Positions 39,320 to 50,940 of a stretch of 64,000 nt of DNA are shown piece by piece. The position numbers were made by a program, and so were the translations under genes. This stretch comes from Octopus vulgaris (Eukaryota), in assembly GCA_951406725.2 (NCBI GenBank), contig OX597833.1, positions 40,114,001 to 40,178,000 of the forward strand, read 5' to 3'. The notes under the pieces were generated by a model. That model saw nothing but the letters and a program-made list of their open reading frames with translations, was not told the origin of the DNA and did not search any database. The stretch's first letter is position 1, and each line of letters opens with the position of its first letter.

Positions 39320-39910
39320 ACAATCTATCTATCTATCTATTTATCTAACTATCTGTCTGTCTGTCTGTTTACCTTTCTGTCTCAGTCCTCTGAATAAATT
39401 CATCTTCTTTCTGTTTTTATTTTCTCTTAAATTATCTCTCCTCCCTTTCTCCTTCATATTCTCCTATATTTTTCTTACATTATCTCTCTCTCTCTCTTTT
39501 AATTTCTCTCTCACCTTCTCTCCCTCAGTCTCTCTCATTCCCTCTTTTGCTCAACCTCTTGTTTTCCTTCCCTCTAAAATTATATCTCATCTAATTTCTT
39601 TCTTTCATTTTCTCTTTCCTTCCTTGTTCTCTCACATTCTCCCTCCCTCCTCTTTATTCTCTCTTCCCTTCATTTTCATTCTGCTTCTCCTCTTCTCTCA
39701 TTTTCTCTCTCCTTTCTCTTTCTTTTCTCTCTTTCTCATTCTTTCATTTTCTCATCATTCCTTTTTCCTTTCCTCCCACTTTCTTCCTCTTTTTATCTTC
39801 CACTCTCTTTCTCTCTCCCCTTCTCCCTCCCTATCTCTCCTCTCTATCCTTCTTTCTCTCTTTCTTAAAGTACCTAAATATATGTTCAAGTAATATTTGT
39901 GTGTTCTACA

Positions 39911-40125
39911 GCAGCGAGCTGGCAGACACATTAGCACGCCGGGCGAAATTCTTAGCAGTATTTCACCTGTCTTTAAGTTCTGAGTTCAAATTCCGCCGAG
40001 GTCATCTCTGCCTTTCATTCTTTCAGGGTCGACAAATTAAGTACCAGTTGCATACTGGGGTCGATCTAATCGACTGGCCGTCTCCACAAAAATTTCACGC
40101 CTGATGCCTAGAGTAGAAAAGAATA
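39911..40125 (+). mobile_element. Well-preserved MetaSINE-like copy
   Basis: GCAGCGAGCTGGCAGACACATTAGCACGCCGGGCGAAA..GAGTTCAAATTCCGCCGAGGTC..; CpGs retained; ATATTTGTGTGTTCT occurs just upstream and just downstream (possible TSD). Confidence 0.9.
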
Positions 40126-41299
40126 TTTGTGTGTTCTTGAAGGCCACAAGCTGGCAGAATCGTCAGCACACCAGGCAAAATACTCCATCTACACATTCTA
40201 AGTTCAAATTCCAGTGAATTTCATTGTTTCAGGGTCAATAAAATAAGTACCAATTGAATACTGAAGTTGAAGTAATCAACTTACCCCATCCCATTGCTGG
40301 TCTTGTACCAAAGTTTGAACTCAGTGTTTGTGTTTCATAATACCTTAGATCAGAGGAGAACCACTAAAGATGTTTACCTTCCAAGAAAGTATCTAGAGTA
40401 TATAAGCATAAAAGAAGACATCGCTTCTCTCTTCCAAGCTCATCAGTACCAAACAAAGAAACACTCATCAATTTTAGAGTGTTGCCTCTGCTTACATTGG
40501 TAAACTACAACACCTCATATTATCTGTTGTTATTGTTACTGTTTAACCTCAGTGAAGGTACATGGCTTAGTGGTTAGGGCACTTGGCTCATGATCATAAG
40601 GCCGTGAGTTCAATTCCTGGTGGCATGTTGTGTCTTTAGGAAAGACACTTTTTTTTATCATGCTGCTTCAGTTCACTCAGCTGGCAAAAATGAGTAGTAC
40701 CTGTATTTCAAAGGGTCAGCCTTGTCACATTCTGTGTGACACTGAATCTACCCAAAAACTATATTTATTTCTTTACTGGCCACAAGGGGCTAAACAAGAG
40801 GGGGCAAACAAGGACAGACAAAGGGATTAAGTTGATTACATCGACCCCAGTGCGAAACTGGTACTTTATTTATCGACCCCAAAAGGATGAAAGGCAAAGT
40901 CAACCATGGCAGAATTTGAACTCAGAACGCAGCAACAGACGAAATACTGCTGAGCATTTTGTCCGGCATGCTAACGTTTCTGCCAGCTCACCGCCTTCCC
41001 CAAAACTATATTAATGGCATGCGTACCTGTGCAGTACTTATCAACTTGCATGTTAATTTCATGAGCAGGCTGTGCTATTGATCAGATCACCTGAAACACT
41101 TGTTGTCATAACCAACTGAGTGCCAGTATTAGTCTCTGGTCAAACCTGGTCAATCACTTTTAATCAAAAATCTTTCAGTTGCAACCATTCTCTAAGTATA
41201 TCTAGAACTACATTGTTTAGTGTGTCCTTCTTTATTTTTATTAAAACGGTAGAATGAATTTGACTATATATATTTTTTTTTCATATAGCAGGAATTTGA

Positions 41300-42340
41300 A
41301 GAAGTTGTCAAGATATATTTCAAGTTTATACGATGACAGTGCACCACTAAAAACCCTCTCCTTAGTGAGACAACTACAAGTCAAATATTTAGGACATGAT
41401 TCAAAGTGGACTATCTCTGGTCTTTTCACTTTTATCCACCATACAATATTCTTTTTACCACCAGTGCTACCATGCCTGTAGAGTTTATCAGAAACTCAGT
41501 TTGCTCACTGGTACAATTGCCAGGTAAAAAAATTGTTGGGTGATGTCCATAGTATCTGAGCTCAGGTTTTGGAATAGGGTAGCTAATTGATTTTCAAGAA
41601 TAAAACAGACTCCTTGAGGACATTGTCACTCTTATCCACCACTAGTCTTTTATATAATACAAGGTTTGACATATCACTAGCCGAAATTGCTTTACAGTAA
41701 AGAACTGTAAGTGCTTGGCAAATTGCAAAAGCTAAGCACCCAATATTGGCCTTTGCTTATGCAAGACTACAGCTCTGTCAAAGAGCTGTGAGGAGACATG
41801 TTTCATAAACGAAGACCATACATCCTCAGTATCTAGAATCTCTACTGATGCCACAGCCTCAATGCATGCCAATACATCATCAGCTGAGCTCCCCACAGGT
41901 GTGGTTTTGACAGTCGATAGACCTTCTCACATGTTGAATTTGTCACTTTCACAAGAAATGAAAGTGAAACTACCTCAGCTTTATTAGATTAAAACTAGAA
42001 CAAAGTACAACACTCATGAAGTAATAAGTAGAAAGGTAATGCATATTGCTGAGTTTTCAAGGGTAGCTTGCTCTCAGCCTATTTTGGTTAAGACCAACCA
42101 TCCTGCTCGTAAGCTTCTTTCAGTTCTTAACCTTCAAAAAGTCTATCTCAAAGCAGACTCAAAGTATATTAACAGAACCTTTGACCCAGCAACCTACAAC
42201 ACTGGCCAGTGTAATTGCTTCACCAGGTGCCGAACTGGAAGCCCATCACCTTATCACAGCTAAAGAGTGCTCCTTTTACCACCTCTATTCCTTCAGTACA
42301 GTGCCAGCCACTTCAATTTCCATAGGTCCAACAACAATAA
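41300..42340 (+). mobile_element. Highly decayed LINE 3' region
   Basis: QVKYLG motif, a C-terminal C-x-C...HHL..EC knuckle-like remnant and an (AAC/AAT)n tail; many stops; clade not assignable. Confidence 0.4.
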
Positions 42341-42884
42341 TAATAATAATAGCACCATAACAAGAAACTGAGAGTAGTTTTCCCTAAATTAAAATGGTTG
42401 TAAATAATGTTGTGTCGGAAGCAAGTTGAAAGAGCTATAACAGAGTAATATGTAAATAAAATGAGTTGGAGAGACGCCAACACCACACTTAAATCTCTTC
42501 ACTACAATTCACCAGAGTATGCCTTTGATAAATTGCCATTTTGATCTGCCACAATTTGTACAGTGATCATTCATGTATCACATATTATCTATCAGATAAA
42601 TAAATTTTCAGAAAAATAGGAGAAAGATAAGGAAAAGGAAGGAGAAGAGAGGAGAGAATGTGTTATGTTTCGATATTGTTATTTTACTGTTTGTTGTTTT
42701 GCGTATATTTTGTTATATTTTTGATGTTTCTCCCCGATTCATGGCAACCATTTTAGTCAAGTTGCTTATGTCTATATTGTAATTTTTGGTGAGTTTTTGT
42801 TTATAAATTTTTGTTTTCGTTATTTGCAGTAGAGTGTGAAAGGGGCAATGTCAAAGAGAGAGTAGTTGATTGGTCAGTTGCTCA

Positions 42885-43546
42885 GTTGGTTGGTTGGTTG
42901 GTTGGTTGGTTGGTTGGCTGGCTGATTGGTTGGTTGTTTGGTTTGTTGTTTATTTGTTGGTTAGTTGGTTGGTTGGTTGGTTGGTTGGTTGGTTGGTTGG
43001 CTGGTTGGCTGGTTGGTTGGTTGGTTGGTTGGTTGGTTGGTTGGTTGGTTTGGTTGGTTGGTTGGTTGGTTGGTTGGCTGGATGGTTGGTTGGTTGGTAG
43101 GTAGGTTGGTTGGTTGGTTGGTTGGTTGGCTGGATGGTTGGTTGGCTGGTTGGTTGGTTGGTTGGTTGGCTGGTTGGCTGGTTGCTGGTTGGATGGTTGG
43201 TTGGTTGGCTGGTTGGATGGTTGGTTGGCTGGTTGGCTGGTTGGCTGGATGGTTGGCTGGTTGGTTGGTTGGTTGGTTGGTTGGTTGGCTGGATGGTTGG
43301 TAAATTGGTTGGTTGGCTGGTTGGTTGGCTGGCTGGTTGGTTGGTTGGTTGGATGGATGGTTGGTTGGTTGGTTGGTTGGCTGGTTGGTTGGCTGGCTGG
43401 TTGGCTGGTTGGCTGGTTGGTTGGTTGGTTGGCTGGATGGTTGGTTGGTTGGCTGGTTGGTTGGTTGGTTGGTTGGCTGGGTGGTCGGTTGGTTGGTTGG
43501 TTGGTTGGTTGGTTGGTTGGTTGGTTGGCTAGCTGGTTGGCTGGTT
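42885..43546. repeat. (TTGG)n tetranucleotide array, about 660 bp
   Basis: Directly visible, with CTGG and ATGG variants. Confidence 0.97.
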
Positions 43547-43857
43547 GCACCTGAAGGTTTGAGTTTGTCAGTTTGATGGAAGGTTTTGAGGATTTTATAT
43601 TTTCAGATTTTTTTCAGGCTACATTTGTGTGATTTTCGTGTCTCACACAGACACACACACATATTTATATATGCTTACAAATACCCACATACATGAAGAT
43701 ATATATATGACATTTATAATGAACAAAACAAAAAGTACTCCATACATGAATGATGTATAATATGATTATTTATTGGACTGTCCACTACAGATGAACTTGG
43801 CTGTCTAACAAACTGACATTTGTAAAACCTAAGGTAACAATAGAATGCTTCAACTAA

Positions 43858-43891
<34 letters not shown>

Positions 43892-43931
43892 TTTTATCAG
43901 ACTGTATATATATATATATGCTTTTATCAGA

Positions 43932-43968
<37 letters not shown>

Positions 43969-43971
<3 letters not shown>

Positions 43972-44182
43972 GAGTCTGCCAAAAACATGTATACTCACTT
44001 CAGGAAAGGAAAAATTTATACAAATATTTTAATTCAGTATTATTGCAATTTATTCAGTGTTATCACAATTTAATAAGACATTGTTAGAGATATTTATATT
44101 CACTGAAGTACTTATACAAGTCCAATATTTATACAGATGTTTTTCCTTTCTTGAAGTGTGTATACATTTTTTTGGTGGACTT
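43969..44182. mobile_element. Tc1/mariner MITE, decayed
   Basis: TACAGAGTCTGCCAAAAACATGTATACTCACTTCAGGAAAGGAAAA...TTTTCCTTTCTTGAAGTGTGTATACATTTTTTGGTGGACT. Confidence 0.75.
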
Positions 44183-44398
44183 GACCAGTATTGCTTGTGC
44201 TGACCTAGCAGAGGTAAGAAAACGTTTTTAATGTTCACTGGAATTTCTTCCTGCCATGCCTGTATTAGATTTGTGACTATTCTGTGGTACAGAAGTATTT
44301 TTGGCTTCTATATTTTGCGCTGCATGTACTCATATGGTGTCTTCGTGTATGTGTGTGTGTGTGTGTGTGTATACTGTTGTGTCTGGGGAGAGTCATTC

Positions 44399-44653
44399 TC
44401 TTTTAGTGCCTTATTATTTAACACACTCACCGGTAAAATTTCCACTTCTTATTTTTATTTTCTAAAATTTTCATTGCGTCTTGCAACCTTTTCAATAGTC
44501 TTGACTGGTACTTGTTCTATTGGTCTCTTGACGTAAACAAGAGTCAAAACTATTGAAAAGGTTTCAAGACGCAACGAAAATTCTAGAAAATAAAAATAAA
44601 AAATAAGTGGAAATTTTACCGGTGAGTGTGTTAAATAATAAGGCACTAAAAGA
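44399..44653. repeat. Inverted repeat with ~108-bp arms
   Basis: TCTTTTAGTGCCTTATTATTTAACACACTCACCGGTAAAATTTCCACTT...AAGTGGAAATTTTACCGGTGAGTGTGTTAAATAATAAGGCACTAAAAGA. Confidence 0.95.
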
Positions 44654-44937
44654 CGCAACAGAATATGCTTCAACACACGAACTCATATAAAGAATCTTGC
44701 AAACCAAATCCAAAAACGAAATATATATATATATATATGTATGTATGTATGTATAAAGAGTGTACATTTAAAGACATGAGAAGCATCCATCACAGGATTC
44801 CTTGCATGCTAGAGAGGACAGTTAAATTCCAAACCACTATTAGCGATAAAATTCTGAAGGGAATGAAAAATAAAAACATTTACCATCTAACTCCTGGACC
44901 AATGGTTCCAGACTTTTTTTAGCAAATAAAATAATTT

Positions 44938-45117
44938 GCTAGGCGAAGTCTTCTTCAGCAGGTACACCTTAGATTAAATATATATACACAAGGCAATCCA
45001 GTATATGCCTGTGCTTATACATTCTTGAAAAATTAGAATGTATACGCACGGAGCATATACTGGATTGCCTCATGTATATATATTTAATCTAAGGTGTACC
45101 TGCTGAAGAAGCCTAGC
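44938..45117. repeat. ~180-bp palindrome
   Basis: CTTCTTCAGCAGGTACACCTTAGATTAAATATATATACA...TGTATATATATTTAATCTAAGGTGTACCTGCTGAAGAAG. Confidence 0.95.
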
Positions 45118-45264
45118 TTTCTCCTGTTGACAAAGAGCCATGCTCTAAACATTATACACCCACACTTTTTATACTTATACTGAGTGCTAACATAATACAG
45201 TCTATGTATATGTCCTTTGGACTTTTGTTCTTTGCCATTTTTAACATTTGATTTGCCTATATAC

Positions 45265-45295
<31 letters not shown>

Positions 45296-46887
45296 GAGGG
45301 TGCAATGGGTAAATTACCACCATTTTATATTTTTAATTTCACACATGCACATCGTTTGTTTTTTATTTTGCAGACTAATCAGTATAGTAGGGTCAGTTGG
45401 GCACTGTCTGGGAGAAAACCAGCACCATGATGCAATTCATTCTGCCAGAAACTAGAAATGACATGCTGTACTGTTTGGCATTCATGCTAGAGGCTCCAAT
45501 ATGTTCATTCCCGGCAAGACTAAAGAATTTTCTGTATCTTATGTTGTCTCCATTCATTTGTTTATCAGAAGTACACAGGGTTGACTAAACCCTGGCAGAT
45601 GAGAAAAGAGAGTAATGAAAGAACTGTAGTGAGAGGGTGACAAAAGAGATAGTATTGGAGGAGAACCAGAAGAATGAGAATAAGGAGAGGAAAGAGAAGA
45701 GAGAAAGAGAGAGAGAGAGAGAGAGAAGGTAAGAGAATTATAGTAAAAGATTCAGAGAGTAAAAAGGAGAGTGATAGAAAAAGATTCAGAGAGTAAAAAG
45801 GAAAGTGATAGAAAAAGATGGAGCAAAGGGTGAAAATGTGAAGAGAAGGTTGTTGATAAGAAGATTAAATAGAAACACTATGAGAAGTGTAGTGGTTGAA
45901 GAGTGTTGTATGAGGGAAACAGAATGATACAAGAGGGAGTGTTGGATGTGAGGTAGAGTGTGAAAGAGTGTGAGTGATGAGAGAGAGTGATGGAAGATAG
46001 TTTGGAGAGAGAGAATGATGAGAGGGAGAGAATGACAAGTGAGAGTGATGAGAAAGAGAATGATGAGAGAGACAGTGATGAGAGGGAGAGGGTGATGAAA
46101 AACAGAATGATGAGAGAGAGAGGGTAATGAGAGAGGGAGAGAGAGTGATGAGAGAGAGCATGAAATGAGAGAGAGTGATGAAAGACAGAGAGTGATGAGA
46201 GAGGGATGAGAGAGAAAGTGAGATGAGAAAGAGAAAGTAATGTAAGAGGGAGAGAGAGAGAAAATGATGTAAGACAGAGGGAGAGATGGGAGAGAGAGAG
46301 AGAGAGAGATGAGAGAGAGAGTGATGAGTGAGAGTGTTGAAAGAGAGAGTGATGAAAGAGAAAGAGAGAGAGAGATGTATATCAACAATGAGTGGTAAAG
46401 GAGAGTGTGTGGAAGTAATAAAGACAAGTAAGAGTGATGAATGTCAATAATAAGTCATAGAAAAAGAGTAATGGGTAAAGTCAGAGTGTGTATGTGAGTG
46501 AAGACTAACAATAAGGAAGTGGTGGTGGTGGTGGAAAGGGATGGAGGTAGATTGAATGGTTACAGGTTCAATGAAATGCTATCTTTCATTTCACATGTAG
46601 CATGTTGGGAAAGATATCGAGAAATAATAGAGAATGGTGAGAGAATAACAAAACAGAACAGCGTCTTTATCATTTATCTTTTATTTGTTTCAGTCACTTG
46701 TCTGCGGTCATGTTGGGACACCACCTGACAAAGTGGTTTTTTTTAGCAAATGAATTGACCCTAGCACTGATTTTTAAAGTTTGGTACTTGTTTTATTGGT
46801 CTCTTGACGTAAACACACCAACACTGGCTGTCAAACAAAGATGGGGGACAAACACAAACACACGCATATATATACCTGTATATACGA

Positions 46888-49440
46888 GACAATCTGCAGA
46901 CAGCCACTGACCAGATCTGTGGATGGAGCAAAGTCCCATCTCGACCCAGAGTAACGTGGTGGTGGAACAATGTGGTTGACAGGGCTATTAGACAAAAGAA
47001 ACAGGCTTGGAGGGACTGGAAGAACGGTGGTAGCAGGGAATTGTATCAGACAGCCAGAAGGGAAGCTAGGAGACAGGTTTTGTTATTCTCTCACCATTCT
47101 CTATTATAAGAAAAAATTTGCCAATGTTCTGTGCCATGAGGATGAAAGACTTGAGGTATTTCGTGTTGCAAGACAGTGTGTGAGAGAGAATCGTGATGTG
47201 GTAGGAGAGAAATGTGTCCGCATGGATGATGGTTCACTTGCACTAAATGAGGATGCAAAAAGAGAGGTTTGGAGATTCCACTATGAAAGGTTGCTGAATA
47301 AAGAAAATGAATGGGATAAAGAGAGTCTGCCAAATGTCAACCCAACAAAGGGACCAGCCATCCAAGTTGGCAATTCTTTGGTAGTTAAAGCAATTAGAAG
47401 CATGAAGACAGGGAAAGCCCCAGGCCCATCAGGAATTACTGCAGAGATGCTCAAAATATCTGGCAGTGTCGGCTATAACCTAGTCACCCATATGGTTAAC
47501 CAGGTGATACACGAAGGAGTCATACCCAGTGACTGGTGTAGCAGCATACTAGTCAACTGCTACAAAGGTAAAGGAGACACCCTAGATACAAATAATTACA
47601 AAGGTATCGAGCTGTTGGATCAAGTAATGAAAGTTACAGAGAGGGTCATAGCCCAACTGATTAGGGAGAGAGTCAACTTGGACGAGATGCAGTTTGGTTT
47701 CATGCCAGGGAAAAGCACCACTGATGCCATATTTCTGGTGAGACAGCTGCAGGAGAAATACCTAGCCAAAGATAAGCCCCTGTACCTGGCTTTCGTTGAC
47801 ATGGAGAAAGCCTTTGACAGGGTCCCCCGATCCCTTATCTGGTGGTCAATGAGGAAACTAGGGATAGATGAATGGCTGGTGAGGGCTGTGCAAGCCATGT
47901 ACAGGGATGCCGTAAGTAAGGTTAGGGTTGGCAACATGTACACAGAAGAATTCAAAGTAGAGGTTGGGGTCCACCAGGGTTCAGTACTCAACCCCCTCCT
48001 ATTTATCATAGTCCTCCAGGCAATTATGGAGGAATTCAAGACAGGTTGCCCCTGGGAGCTCCTATATGCTGACGACCTTGCTCTAATTGCTGAGTCACTA
48101 TCAGAACTGGAGGAGAAGTTCCAGGTGTGGAAGGAGGGTCTAGAATCGAGGGGCCTTAGAGTCAACCTAGCTAAAACCAAAGTACTAATAAGTAGGAAGG
48201 TAGTCAATCCAGAAATGTCTTCAGGAAGATGGCCCTGCTCGATCTGTAGAAAAGGTGTAGGTAGAAACTCTATAAGATGTACCCAGTGTAAGCTATGGAC
48301 GCATAAGAGGTGCAGCAATGTCAAAGGAAGGCTAACTGGGAAGATAGTTTTTGTATGTGGCAGATGCTCAGGGGCATTAACCTCTGAAAATCTGCAGAAA
48401 ACAACTTCCGTCACTTTCCTGGGGGAAAAACTAGAAGTAGTTGATAGCTTCCGTTATCTAGGTGACCAAGTCAGTAGTAGGGGTGGGTGTGCTGAAAGTG
48501 TAACTGCTAGAGTAAGAATAGCCTGGGCAAAGTTTAGGGAGCTCTTACCTCTGCTGGTGACTAAAGGCCTCTCGCTCAGAGTAAAAGGCAGACTGTATGA
48601 TGCGTGTGTACGAACAGCCATGCTACATGGCAGTGAAACATGGGCTGTGACTGCCGAGGACATGCGTAAGCTCGTGAGGAATGAAGCCAGTATGCTCCGA
48701 TGGATGTGTAATGTCAGTGTGCATACTCGACAGAGCGTTAGTACCCTGAGAGAAATGTTGGACCTAAGAAGCATCAGTTGCGGTGTGCAAGAGAGACGAT
48801 TGTGCTGGTATGGTCATGTGGTGAGAATGGATGAAGATAGGTGTGTGAAAAAGTGCCAATCCCTAGCAGTGGAGGAACCCGTGGAAGAGGTAGACCCAGG
48901 AAAATCTGGGACGAGGTGGTTAAGCACGACCTTCGAACTTTAGGTCTCACTGAGGAAATGACCAGCGACCGAGACCTTTGGAAATATGCTGTGCATGAGA
49001 AGACCAGGCAGGACAAGTGAGTCCAGCCCACTTATGCATGTCTTTCCTCCCTTGGACACACAAAGACCTGTTGGAGATACGTAAAAAGCACTATCCGAAT
49101 TGTGGCCGATGCCAGCGCCACCTCGACTGGCTTCCATGTCGGTGACACGTAAAAAGCACCATCCGAATCGTGGCTGAAGCCAGTGCCACCTCGACTGGCT
49201 TCCGTGCCGGTGGCACGTAAAATGCACCAATCCGACCGTGGCCGATGCCAGCCTCACCTGGCACCAGTGCAGGTGGCACTCACGGAATGGTTGGAGGGGC
49301 ATCCAGCTGTAGAAACATTGCCAGATAAGACCGGAGCCTTGTGCAGCCTTCTGGCTTCCCAGATCCCCGGTCGAACCGTCCAACCCATGCCAGCATGGAA
49401 AGCGGACGTTAAACGATGATGATGATGACGATGATGATGA
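46888..49440 (+). mobile_element. RTE-clade LINE, 5'-truncated, inserted into a SINE
   Basis: Long RT-encoding frame, 3'UTR with 68-bp subrepeats and a (GAT)n tail; the host SINE is split at TATATACGA.../...TATGACAGGCTTCTTTCAG. Confidence 0.95.
46970..48943 (+). pseudogene. RTE ORF2 reverse transcriptase with internal PHD finger (endonuclease missing; both ends out of frame)
   Basis: GKAPGPSGI, NYKGIELL, QFGFMPGKSTTDAIF, AFVDMEKAFDRVPR, GVHQGSVLNPLLF, LLYADDL, KTKVL, a C4HC3 finger, FRYLG, MLHGSETW and WYGHVVR. The true frame runs about 47110-48880. Confidence 0.92.
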
Positions 49441-50477
49441 TATGACAGGCTTCTTTCAGTTTGCGTCAACCAAATTTACTCACAAGGCTGGAGTAGAAAA
49501 CACTTGACCAATATACCACACAGTGGAACTGAACCCAAAACCATGTGGCTGGAAAGCAAACATCTTACCGCACAGTCACACCTGTGCCTATATTGAAATT
49601 TGATATGAACTTCAAGATGGTGCCCCAGTGTGGCTTCAGTCTGATGACTGAGAAACACAAAAGAACCACTAAATTCCTTAGTAAAACTTAAAACTAAGGG
49701 AGGTAACTTTTGTGCTATGGTAATGAAACCTCTTACCTGCTAGAAGTAGCAACCCAAATGCTTTTAAATCACATCTCAATGGTGGATTTCAAGAACCAGG
49801 TGAAGAGCAGACTTTCAAACCTAGGATCATCCTAATTCCACAAAGGTATAATATGCCTATGTAGAGCAAATATAAACTGAGATACAGGGATCCCAGACAG
49901 ACAGAATTTCACTTTTATAATATAGATATAATGGTAATAACATCTCTCAACTTCCTTATTTTTACATCCATTTTTTTTTTCCATGCTGGTTTAAGTTGGG
50001 CAGATTCTCTTTAGTACAGTGCTTTGCTTCATTCAGGTTACAGATTCTTGCCATCTTCTCTGTGAGGTTCAACTCCATGAGATCAGTCATTATCACTTTG
50101 TCACATGTCTTTCTACATCTCATTCTTTGGCAGGTACCACCTATTTCTTTATACAAATGACATCCTCCATGCACACCACATCCCCATACCAGTGCAGTAT
50201 TCTCTTTTTCACACTACATCAGATTTTTCCATGCACACTAATAATAATAATTTAAAATGTTGGCACAAGGCCAGCAAGTTTGGGGGAGTTAAATGATTAC
50301 CTTGACCCCAGTATTCAACTCAGTATTGACCCCAGTATTCAAAAATCGTAAAACAAAGTCGACCTCAGCAGAATTTGAACTCAGAATGTGAAGACAGACA
50401 AAATATCACTAATTATTTTACCTGAAATGCACTAATAATAATGTGCCTGGGGAGAGTCATTCTCTTTTAGTGCCTTA

Positions 50478-50940
50478 TACAAGGATGAGTCAAAAAGTAA
50501 TGCCATTTTGTTTAGGATAGGTATAATTACCAACACAGGAACATGTATCATACATCAAAATGAAGCTGGTCCTCTGTGGATCACATCCCTACTTCTCAAC
50601 ATAGTCACCATTTCTCTCAATAGCAATGTTCCACCTTTGAATAAGAGAATGTATCCCTGCCCCATAAAATTCTGTTGACTGTCTGTTCTTTGATCCACTT
50701 CTTCCCTACAATTTTCACTTTTTCGTCACTGGAATAATGTTTGCCTTTCAAACTCTCTTTCATGGGGCTGAAGAGATGATAGTCTGAAGGCGCTAAATCT
50801 GGTGAGTGTGGAGGTCATGAAGAAGTGGCTCAAAGAACAGTCAACAGAATTTTACAGGGCAGGGATACATGCTCTCATGAAGGTGGGACATTGCTATTGA
50901 GAGAAACGGTGACTATGTTGAGAAGTAGGGATGTTTTCCA
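50478..50940. mobile_element. Rearranged mariner remnant
   Basis: TACAAGGATGAGTCAAAAAGTAATG TIR; the transposase C-terminal segment (..GIHAL..RWDIAIERNGDYVEK) is present in both orientations. Confidence 0.65.

Noticed and set aside
39911-40000. tRNA gene
   Set aside because: Box A/B are present but there is no full cloverleaf; it continues into a multicopy SINE body.
42811-43576. LVGW / PTNQ repeat proteins
   Set aside because: A stop-free (TTGG)n microsatellite with no coding signature.
47620-48774. Long minus-strand ORFs (264 aa, 106 aa)
   Set aside because: Antisense shadows of the RTE RT frame.
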